From: Armatimonadota bacterium
Lineage (GTDB): Bacteria > Armatimonadota > Armatimonadia > Armatimonadales > Armatimonadaceae
Reading direction: 5' to 3'
NCBI GenBank assembly: GCA_043754515.1
Contig: JAYUUO010000103.1
Location: 1-13,472, forward strand
DNA: 13,472 nucleotides
A program made the translations under genes and the position numbers. The notes beneath the pieces are model-generated. The model was given only the letters and a program-made list of their open reading frames with translations, did not search any database and had not been told where the DNA came from. The stretch's first letter is position 1, and the number at the start of each line of letters is the position of its first letter. Below, piece after piece: positions 1 to 7,118 of this stretch.

Positions 1-20
1 TCTCCACATATGAATTGTGG

Positions 21-55
21 AAGCGGCGAACCCCGCGTGGGTCCGCCGCTTTTTT
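21..55 (+). terminator. Rho-independent terminator for a + strand transcript entering from the left
   Basis: AAGCGGCG-A-ACCC (21-33) pairs with GGGT-C-CGCCGCTT (39-51) around a 5-nt loop; T run at 50-55. Confidence 0.75.
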
Positions 56-112
56 ATGCCCGGCAGAACGCGAGCCGCTCGCCGTCGAACATGAGCCGAC
101 TCTATGCACCGT

Positions 113-163
113 ACAAAACAGGAAGCACTGCGTGCACAGGTTTTTCGCGCAGTGCTTCCTGTT
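113..163 (-). terminator. Probable terminator of the gcv operon
   Basis: Perfect 16-bp inverted repeat AACAGGAAGCACTGCG (117-132) / CGCAGTGCTTCCTGTT (148-163) with a 15-nt loop. On the minus strand it ends ...CCTGTTTTGT, about 56 nt after the gcvPA stop. Confidence 0.6.
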
Positions 164-219
164 CGCGAGCCGCGAACGGGAACAACTCATTGTCCGCTCA
201 CCCCGCACCGCCAGCACAA

Positions 220-1566
220 TCACCCGCGCAACGCGCCCACCAGCGCGTCTATCTCTTCCTTGCTCCGCTGCTCCGTGACGCAGAGCAGCATCGCGTCACC
301 GAGTTCGGGGTAGTCCGCCGCGAGTGGGAAGCCGCCGAGCATTCCCACCTCCAGTAGCCGCTTGTTGATCGCTTCGGGCGACCCCGGCACGCGCACCACG
401 AACTCTTTGAAGAACGGCGCGGACGCGAACACGGGTGAGTATCCCGGCAGTTTGACGATCTCGCTCTGCGCGTAATGTGACTTTTGCAGGCACAGATTCG
501 CCACCTGCGCGAAGCCCGTCTTGCCCATCACCGACAGGTAAACGGTCGCAGCGAGCGCAAACAATGCCTGGTTCGTGCAGATATTCGACGTAGCCGTGTC
601 GCGCCGGATGTCCTGCTCGCGGGTGCGGAGCGTCATCACATACGCCCGTGTCCCCTCAATATCAACGGTCGCGCCGACGATTCGTCCCGGAATGCGGCGG
701 ATGTAGTCCTTGCGGCACGCGAGCAGGCCGAGGAGAGGCCCGCCGAACGCTGGGTAGCAGCCGAGCGACTGCCCCTCGCCGGTCACGATGTCCGCGCCGA
801 GCGCGCCGGGCGTTTCGAGCAACCCGAGCGCGATCGGGTCCACCGACACCAGCAGTAGCGCGCCCTTCGCGTGCGCGACGTCGGCGAGCGTTCGCAGGTC
901 CTCGATCGTGCCGAAGAAGTTCGGGTGTTGCACGATCAGGCACGCCGTGCTGTCGGTGATCGCGCCGGTCAGCGCGTCCATATCCAGCGCGCCCGTTTCC
1001 GAAACGTAGGGCACTTCGGTCACGCTGTCGGCGAACGATTCCATGTAGGTGCGGAGCGTTTGTCGGTACGCCGGGTGCAACGTTTTGGCGACCACGACGC
1101 CGCGTCGCTTGGTCAAGTCGCACGCCATCAGCACCGCCTCGGAGAGCGCGGTCGCGCCGTCGTAGAGCGACGCATTGGCGACCTCCATGCCGGTCAGCCG
1201 CGAAATCAGCGTCTGGAACTCGTAAATGCTCTGCAAAACACCCTGCGAGACTTCGGGCTGGTAGGGGGTATAGGCGGTATAAAACTCGGACCGCCCGGTG
1301 ACATGGCCGACGACGGGCGGGATGAAGTGGTCGTAGATGCCCGCGCCCAGAAAGCACGGAAACCGGTCCATGTCGGTGTTTTTGGACGACAGCGCGATCA
1401 GGTGCTTGCGGAGCGCGATGTCGTCGAGCGCGGGCGCGACGCCGGAAAAGTCCGCCGCCTCGAGTATCGCGGACGGGATGGTATCGAACAGTTCGGCAAC
1501 GGACGTCGCGCCGATCGCGGCAAGCATACGCGCGCGGTCGGAATCGGTGTTAGGTATATAGGACAC
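220..1566 (-). CDS. gcvPA: Glycine dehydrogenase (decarboxylating) subunit 1, glycine cleavage P protein alpha chain
   Basis: 448 aa, GTG start. Motifs FLGAGIYDH, SEFYTAYTPYQPEVSQG, ANASLYDG, RRIPGRIVG and REQDIRRDTATSNICTNQAL. The length fits the alpha subunit of a split P protein; it follows gcvT-gcvH. Confidence 0.96.
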   Translation of the reverse strand: MSYIPNTDSDRARMLAAIGATSVAELFDTIPSAILEAADFSGVAPALDDIALRKHLIALSSKNTDMDRFPCFLGAGIYDHFIPPVVGHVTGRSEFYTAYTPYQPEVSQGVLQSIYEFQTLISRLTGMEVANASLYDGATALSEAVLMACDLTKRRGVVVAKTLHPAYRQTLRTYMESFADSVTEVPYVSETGALDMDALTGAITDSTACLIVQHPNFFGTIEDLRTLADVAHAKGALLLVSVDPIALGLLETPGALGADIVTGEGQSLGCYPAFGGPLLGLLACRKDYIRRIPGRIVGATVDIEGTRAYVMTLRTREQDIRRDTATSNICTNQALFALAATVYLSVMGKTGFAQVANLCLQKSHYAQSEIVKLPGYSPVFASAPFFKEFVVRVPGSPEAINKRLLEVGMLGGFPLAADYPELGDAMLLCVTEQRSKEEIDALVGALRG

Positions 1567-1622
1567 GGATTAAAAATGCTTTCTAAGTTGTGGCAATGTA
1601 AAGGGCTTGGCTTTATGCTCGG

Positions 1623-1708
1623 GCGGCGGGTCGGTCGCAGGCGATCGGTGAGCCGCTCCCGCCCGCGATCGGTGAACCGACCTACCCGAATGGCTCACCG
1701 CCCGCCGC
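1623..1708. repeat. Intergenic nested inverted and direct repeats (REP-like or structured RNA)
   Basis: Direct repeat GCGATCGGTGA(G/A)CCG at 1641-1655 and 1665-1679. Inverted pairs 1623-1630/1701-1708, 1646-1654/1692-1700 and 1629-1635/1676-1682. Confidence 0.5.
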
Positions 1709-1723
1709 TACCGCGCCCCTTGC

Positions 1724-2107
1724 CTACTCGCCGATCTCCGCTTTGTACCCGTCCGCGCTCAGTAGCTCCTCGACTTCGGCGGGGTTTTTGAGGCGCATCT
1801 TGATCATCCAGCCGCTGTCGTACGGCGACTCGTTCAGCGCGGACTCCGCGCCCGCCAGCGTGCCGTTGACCTCCAGCACCTCGCCCGAGAGCGGCGAATA
1901 CAGTTCGGAGACTGCCTTGACAGACTCCACTGTGCCGAAAATATCGTCGTGGGACAGCATACGGCCCGCCTCCGGCAACTCTATATAGACCACGTCGCCG
2001 AGTTCCTCCTGTGCGTGGTCGGTGATGCCGACGGTCGCGACGTCGCCGTCAATGCGCACCCACTCGTGCGACTTCGAGTACTTGAGTTCGTTCGGAATGC
2101 TGGACAT
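1724..2107 (-). CDS. gcvH: Glycine cleavage system H protein (lipoyl carrier)
   Basis: 127 aa. Motifs YSKSHEWV, VGITDHAQEELGDVVYI, lipoyl-lysine motif VESVKAVSELYSP and NESPYDSGW. Confidence 0.97.
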   Translation of the reverse strand: MSSIPNELKYSKSHEWVRIDGDVATVGITDHAQEELGDVVYIELPEAGRMLSHDDIFGTVESVKAVSELYSPLSGEVLEVNGTLAGAESALNESPYDSGWMIKMRLKNPAEVEELLSADGYKAEIGE

Positions 2108-2162
2108 GTCGGGTTGAAAAATGCCTTTCGGATCGGGAGATTTATTAGCTCATGGGCGCACG

Positions 2163-2171
2163 TTTATAACA
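2163..2171 (-). promoter_or_regulatory. Possible internal extended -10 promoter for gcvH
   Basis: TG-T-TATAAA on the minus strand, 55 nt upstream of the gcvH ATG, in an AT-rich patch; no good -35. Confidence 0.3.
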
Positions 2172-2202
2172 CGAATGCGACACGGGTTCGCGACGCAATT
2201 TG

Positions 2203-3315
2203 CTAATGTTGCGCGCGTTTGTAGAACGGCGTCGGGACGATATGCGCGGCGTGTGGGACATCGCGGATGACCACCTGTACGGCATTACCGGTCTCGGACT
2301 GGCCCGACAGGACGCGGGCGAGGGCGATCCCTTTGCCGAGCGTCGGGGAGAACGTCCCGCTGGTCACGTGCCCGACGCGTTCGCCGGACGCGTTTAGCAC
2401 CGGGTAGCCGTCCCGCGGCACCGCGCGGCCGTCCATCGCAAGCCCGATTAGCACCCGGTCACGGGGCGCGGACTCCAGCGCGGCGAGTGTCGCCTGGCCG
2501 ATAAACGCGGCGGGCTTGTTCGCTCTAACGACCCACGCGAGCCGCGCCGAGAACGGGTCGGTGCCCTCGTCCATCTCGTGCCCGTACAGCGGCAGGCACG
2601 CCTCGACGCGCAGGGTGTCGCGCGCGCCTAGGCCGCACGGCACCGCGCCGCGCTCCATCAGCACGATCCACAACATCTCCAAATCAATATTGCGGCAGAA
2701 AAGTTCCACCCCGTCTTCGCCGGTGTAGCCGGTGCGGGCGACCATGACCTGCACGTCCCCGAGGCACGTTTCCAGCACCCCGAAGCGCGGCAACACGGTC
2801 AGGTCGGCGTCGGACAGCGCGTCGCAGAGAGTCACCGCGTTCGGGCCTTGCACCGCGATCAGCCCGGTGTCGAACGTCTCGTCCTGGATCGTGAGGTGCC
2901 CGAAACCGGCCCGATGCGCGCCGATCCACGCCAGTGCTTTGATCCGGTTCGACGCGTTCACGACCACGATGAACTCCTCCTCGCCGAGCCGGTACACGAT
3001 GATGTCGTCAATCACCCCGCCCGCGTCGGTGCAGAGGAGAGAATAGCGCGCCCGCCCCGGCGCGAGTTTTTCGATGTCGCTAACGGTCAGGCGGTCCAGG
3101 AACGCCCGCGCGTCGGCTCCGTACACGCGCAGGCGACCCATGTGCGAAACGTCGAACAGGCCCACGCTCTGGCGGACCGCGTTGACTTCGCCGATCACGC
3201 CGGTGGGGTACTGGACGGGCATCTCCCATCCGGCGAACGGCACGAGCTTCGCGCCGGAGCGGGCGTGCGCGGCGTACAGCGGCGTACGGAGCAGGGGGTG
3301 GGTGGCGTCTGACAT
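2203..3315 (-). CDS. gcvT: Glycine cleavage system aminomethyltransferase (T protein)
   Basis: Probable start at ATG 3315 (MSDATHPLLRTPLY), giving 370 aa. Motifs FAGWEMPVQY, LFDVSHMG, AVQGP, RTGYTGEDGVE, GLGARDTLRVEACLPLYG and VTSGTFSPTLG. The 610-aa ORF call overextends onto the antisense of the ABC-F gene. Confidence 0.96.
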   Translation of the reverse strand: MSDATHPLLRTPLYAAHARSGAKLVPFAGWEMPVQYPTGVIGEVNAVRQSVGLFDVSHMGRLRVYGADARAFLDRLTVSDIEKLAPGRARYSLLCTDAGGVIDDIIVYRLGEEEFIVVVNASNRIKALAWIGAHRAGFGHLTIQDETFDTGLIAVQGPNAVTLCDALSDADLTVLPRFGVLETCLGDVQVMVARTGYTGEDGVELFCRNIDLEMLWIVLMERGAVPCGLGARDTLRVEACLPLYGHEMDEGTDPFSARLAWVVRANKPAAFIGQATLAALESAPRDRVLIGLAMDGRAVPRDGYPVLNASGERVGHVTSGTFSPTLGKGIALARVLSGQSETGNAVQVVIRDVPHAAHIVPTPFYKRAQH

Positions 3316-3324
3316 TGTGCGAGT

Positions 3325-3352
3325 ATTATACCGGGGATCGGCGCGGTGTCTA
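3325..3352 (-). promoter_or_regulatory. Sigma70-type promoter of the gcv operon, nearly leaderless
   Basis: On the minus strand TAGACA (3352-3347), 16 nt, TATAAT (3330-3325), then 9 nt to the gcvT ATG; no Shine-Dalgarno. Confidence 0.7.
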
Positions 3353-3488
3353 GTTATGGCGGGGCGGGGGCGTAGGGCGATTGCATCATAGTTCGGCCGC
3401 TTGTCCAACGAGCGAGCGGTTCCGGCGGGCCGCACGCGGCGGGCGCGGACCGCCCCACCACCCGCGCCCCGCGCCCCCACCCCAGAAA

Positions 3489-3497
3489 TGTTATACT
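3489..3497 (+). promoter_or_regulatory. Extended -10 promoter of the ABC-F gene
   Basis: TG-T-TATACT, 43 nt upstream of ATG 3541, followed by an A/C-rich, G-poor leader. Confidence 0.55.
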
Positions 3498-3540
3498 CTA
3501 CGTAGCAACACCCTCCATAAGTCCAACACCACGAATACTC

Positions 3541-5175
3541 ATGAGTCTCATCCGCCTTCACAACGTCTCCGTCCGCTTCGACGACCGCCTCATCCTGCGC
3601 GAGTCCTTCTTCAAACTGCTCAAAGGCGACCGAGTCGGCCTCATCGGGCGTAACGGCGGCGGGAAAACAACCCTCATCCGACTGATCCTCGCCGAAGCCG
3701 AACTCGGAACTGGCGAGCCGCTCCTGCCCGATACCGGCACCGTGGAGATAACGACCGGCGTGCGCGTCGGCTACTTCTCCCAGTTCTCTGAACTCGCCGA
3801 TGACGACTCCGTGCAAACCGTCTGCGAGTCCGTGTTCGCGCCGATACGCGCGGTGGAGGCGGAACTCGAAACGCTGAGCGTTACCCTCTCCGACCCCGGC
3901 ATCACCGACGCCGCGATGGACAACGGGCTTGCACTTCAGAGCGATCTGCTGGAGCGGATGGAGCTCGAAGGGGGCTGGGAGTACCCGACCCGTATCGAAA
4001 CCGTTCTCAGCAAACTCGGCTTCGACGAGACGCACCGCTACCAGCCCCTGCGCGAACTGTCCGGGGGGTGGCGCAACCGCGCCGCGCTCGCCAAACTGTT
4101 GCTCGAAGACCCCGACGTGTTACTCCTCGACGAACCGACCAACTACCTGGATGTCGCGGGTGTCGCCTGGCTGGAGGAGTGGTTGCACTCGCTACGCGGG
4201 GCGTTCCTGGTCGTCTCGCACGACCGGGCGTTTCTCGACCGCGTCGCAACCCGCATCGTGGAGGTTGAGAACTACCACCTGCACGAGTATGCGGGCGATT
4301 ACTCGGCGTACATCCGCGAAAAGCAGTTCCGCTACAAGACGCTGGCGAAGCAGTTCGAGCACGAGGAAGAGTTGCTGGCGTACGAATCGGAGGCGATTGA
4401 CGACCGGCGCGAGACGGCGAAAGACCCCGACGGGGCGTTGCAACGCAAGCTAGCCGACGTCAAGAAGCGCGCCGAACCCAAGCCGGTAGACGTCATCCTG
4501 TCCGACATCTACGAGGGCCTGCACGTGCGCGAGAACCTGCTCCGCGTCGAGGGGATAGGCAAATCGTACGGGGCGCGGACGCTGTTCTCCGGCGTATCGT
4601 TCGAGTTGCATGGGAGCGACCGACTCGCCATTGTGGGATCAAACGGCTCCGGCAAATCAACGCTACTCCGGGTACTGACCGGCGCGGAGCCGCCGGACTC
4701 GGGCAAGGTGATCTGGGAAGGCGGCGTGATCCCGGCCTCGTTCAACGCCATTATGGACGCGCTAGACCCGAAGGATACGGTATCGCACGCGGTGAATGTC
4801 ACCGGCATGGCGTTGAACGCGCCGCGCAAGCAGGTGCAACGGTTCCTGGAGATGCTACGCTTTTCGGAGTTGGATCAGAAACAGCGGATCGGCACGCTAT
4901 CAGGGGGGCAACGGGCGCGGCTCGCGCTGGCGCAATGTCTGCTGTCGGGGTCGCCCGTGATCGTGCTGGATGAGCCGACGAACCACCTCGACGTGCCGAG
5001 CATCCAGGTCATGGAGCGCGCGCTGGCGCACTTTCCGGGGGCGGTACTCACAGTAAGCCACGACCGGTTCTTCCTCGACAAGGTGGCGACGCGGCTGCTT
5101 GTGTTCGAGGGGGGCGCGGTCAGCGACTTCCACGGGAACTGGAGCGCGTGGGAGAATGCTCGCGCGAAGCGGTGA
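3541..5175 (+). CDS. ABC-F family ATPase (probably ribosome-associated)
   Basis: 544 aa with two NBDs: GRNGGGKTT / LSGGW / LLLDEPTNYLD / VSHDRAFLD and GSNGSGKST / LSGGQ / VLDEPTNHLD / VSHDRFFLD. Has a helical arm in NBD1 and a YAGDYSAY-led linker; no TM segments and no permease nearby. Confidence 0.92.
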   Translation: MSLIRLHNVSVRFDDRLILRESFFKLLKGDRVGLIGRNGGGKTTLIRLILAEAELGTGEPLLPDTGTVEITTGVRVGYFSQFSELADDDSVQTVCESVFAPIRAVEAELETLSVTLSDPGITDAAMDNGLALQSDLLERMELEGGWEYPTRIETVLSKLGFDETHRYQPLRELSGGWRNRAALAKLLLEDPDVLLLDEPTNYLDVAGVAWLEEWLHSLRGAFLVVSHDRAFLDRVATRIVEVENYHLHEYAGDYSAYIREKQFRYKTLAKQFEHEEELLAYESEAIDDRRETAKDPDGALQRKLADVKKRAEPKPVDVILSDIYEGLHVRENLLRVEGIGKSYGARTLFSGVSFELHGSDRLAIVGSNGSGKSTLLRVLTGAEPPDSGKVIWEGGVIPASFNAIMDALDPKDTVSHAVNVTGMALNAPRKQVQRFLEMLRFSELDQKQRIGTLSGGQRARLALAQCLLSGSPVIVLDEPTNHLDVPSIQVMERALAHFPGAVLTVSHDRFFLDKVATRLLVFEGGAVSDFHGNWSAWENARAKR

Positions 5176-5293
5176 CATAGGGACGCGCGGAGAATCGTCG
5201 TGGGTGGGGGCAGGAACAAAAAGTAATCCGTTTCGCGGTTGGGGCGCGGGCCGACCGACACCCTCGCCGTGTGCCCCCGCCTTCAAAAACGGC

Positions 5294-5299
5294 TACAAT
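5294..5299 (+). promoter_or_regulatory. -10 box for a leaderless transcript of the J-domain gene
   Basis: TACAAT ends 6 nt before ATG 5306; no Shine-Dalgarno. Confidence 0.55.
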
Positions 5300-5305
5300 A
5301 CGCAC

Positions 5306-6088
5306 ATGACGATTCGATTCCGCGCCCTACAAATCTGGCCCCCCGTCACCGGCTCGTCGCGCACGGGGGTCCGCCTGTCTCCCAAGGTCCCTTACGACGC
5401 CGTTACGAAGCGGTTCGAGACCGAAACAGAACTGCTCCAAGCGTCCGACATCTGGATCGAGAGCGGGCACGACGAGGGCGACCGCCGTTTGGACGGACAT
5501 ATCAAGACCGGCGCGAAGCCGCCGCGCTTCCCCGGCGTTGTCGTGCGGCTATACGCGGGCGTTAGCTACAGCGTCCCCGGCGCGCCCCGCAAGCCGCTCG
5601 GCGCGCTCTGGTTCCACTGCAACACGTACGACGACTGGCAGGACAATTTGTACGCCATCGCGATGACGATGGAGCGGTTGCGCTCCATCGCGACGTTCGG
5701 CACGGTGCCGGAGGCGGCTATTTACGCGCTGTACGTGGACGAGACGCCACAGGCGTCAAGGCCGGGCGGGGACCCGGGTGGCGGCGACGCCGGGGGGGCG
5801 AAACGTCCGCGCGCCAAACCCCGCCCGGACAGGGAGCGGACGAGTTCCGCGAAGTCACCTTTCGCGCCGCCGCCCTGGAACCCGTCGAAGCAGGACGCCG
5901 CGCGGTTTCTGCTCCGCGAAGCGGGCGAGGACGACCATTTCCGGTTCGCGATCCAACTGGTTCGCGATCCGGCTGTGGCAAAGCGGGTGTTCATCCAGGC
6001 AACGAAGAACGCGCACCCGGATTTAGACGGCACGGACGCGCGGATGCGGGCGGTGAGTGACGCCTGGGCCGCGTTGGGCGGCGCGTAG
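5306..6088 (+). CDS. Hypothetical protein with C-terminal minimal J-domain
   Basis: Start reassigned to ATG 5306 (MTIRFRALQIWP), 260 aa. The C-terminus AKRVFIQATKNAHPDLDGTDARMRAVSDAW reads as helix II-HPD-helix III (HPD at 6014-6022). The N-terminal RLDG...PGVVV...CNTYDDWQDNLYAIAMTMERLR resembles phage/prophage-associated J-domain proteins as I recall them. A low-complexity G/P/R linker joins the two parts. Confidence 0.75.
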   Translation: MTIRFRALQIWPPVTGSSRTGVRLSPKVPYDAVTKRFETETELLQASDIWIESGHDEGDRRLDGHIKTGAKPPRFPGVVVRLYAGVSYSVPGAPRKPLGALWFHCNTYDDWQDNLYAIAMTMERLRSIATFGTVPEAAIYALYVDETPQASRPGGDPGGGDAGGAKRPRAKPRPDRERTSSAKSPFAPPPWNPSKQDAARFLLREAGEDDHFRFAIQLVRDPAVAKRVFIQATKNAHPDLDGTDARMRAVSDAWAALGGA

Positions 6089-6293
6089 GCAGCCACCGGC
6101 TAAAGTGCGCCGTCATGTCCCCCGAGCGCGGGCGCGGGCGGGTCCGGACTACCGGTTCCGGGACCGCGCGTGCATTCATCCGGTGTAGTCGCCCGGACTC
6201 ACACTCGCTTGATCCGATTTTCGCGGCGGTGGATAACACCAACTTACGCCGCCCGCCTGACACCGAGCACTGACCTGAAACCGAGGAACCCTT

Positions 6294-7111
6294 ATGTCGT
6301 TTTTTCGCAACATCGCGAGGATAGCATTGTGTCTCGCCGCACTCGGCGGTGTGTTCCAGGCACCGCGTCCGGTCATGGCGTAACACAACCCGGCGGCGAA
6401 GTACACGGGCAAGTTCATCGTCCGCGTCCCGGTCAATCAGGTCAAGTCCAAAGAACATGGCTAGGTTTATAGGATAGCGAAGGGCTTCCTGACGAACTTC
6501 GTTTACGATATGAAACTGAACCTGGTTCTGCCGCGCGACGTGACCGTGACCACCGACGAGAGCGAGGTCGTGAACGCCTACTACAGCGAAAAGACGCACA
6601 GCATCACGGTCAACTACGGCCTGTTCCTGTACGTCGTTAAGCAGACCCGCGCCGCGCGGCCAAAAGGCGAAAAAGCCGTGGCGGACGCCGAACTACGCGG
6701 GACGGGGCTGCTTGTGCTCGCGCTTTACCACGAGCTGGGGCACTGCCTGATTCGCGAACTTGACTTGCCGGTGCTGGGGCGCGAGGAGGACGACGCCGAC
6801 CAGCTAGCGACCGTTATACTGACGAAGGGGGGCGACCCCACGGTGGAAAAGGCGTTGGTCGGCGCGGCACTCTACTTCGCCCAAGATGACGATCCCCACA
6901 CGCCGTCGAGCCAGATCGCCTGGGCGGATGAGCACTCCCTCGGGCAACAACGCTTCTGTAACATCCTGTCGTGGCTCTATGGGAGCGACCCGAAGCGGTT
7001 GCGGTATCTCGTGGACAGCAAGGTGCTACCCGCGCGGCGGGCGGCGTGCAGGAATATAAGCGGATCGTCACGGTGTGGGTGGGCTACCTCAAGCCGTATC
7101 GAAAGCGTTGA
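6294..7111 (+). pseudogene. Disrupted secreted DUF4344-type zinc metallopeptidase
   Basis: GAGGA SD (6283-6287) and ATG 6294 give signal peptide MSFFRNIARIALCLAALGGVFQAPRPVMA, in frame with the 6510 ORF but broken by TAA 6381-6383 and TAG 6462-6464. The core has NAYY, HELGH (6729-6743), REEDDADQLA and WADEHSLGQQRF. A frameshift near 7040-7049 restores QEYKRIVTVWVGYLKPYRKR-stop (TGA 7109-7111). Confidence 0.8.
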
Positions 7112-7118
7112 GGTCTGC

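Noticed and set aside
3316..3540. Glycine riboswitch upstream of gcvT
   Set aside because: No recognisable aptamer motifs, and the predicted promoter leaves essentially no leader.
3316..4035. 240-aa N-terminal extension or fusion on GcvT (610-aa ORF)
   Set aside because: It is the antisense of the ABC-F gene plus the promoter spacer; a consensus promoter sits directly before ATG 3315.
3541..5175. ABC transporter or antibiotic resistance gene
   Set aside because: No membrane component, and the motifs are those of ABC-F; resistance cannot be inferred without subfamily placement.
5099..5305. N-terminal extension of the J-domain ORF
   Set aside because: It overlaps the ABC-F 3' end and reads as non-protein-like; a -10 box directly precedes ATG 5306.
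5306..6088. Prophage or island around the J-domain gene
   Set aside because: No integrase, structural genes, att-like repeats or evident compositional break.
6381..6464. Stop-codon reassignment (TAA/TAG read as Gln) in the peptidase
   Set aside because: TAG ends gcvT, gcvH, the J-domain gene and others at the expected positions, and the same gene also has a frameshift; decay is the simpler explanation.
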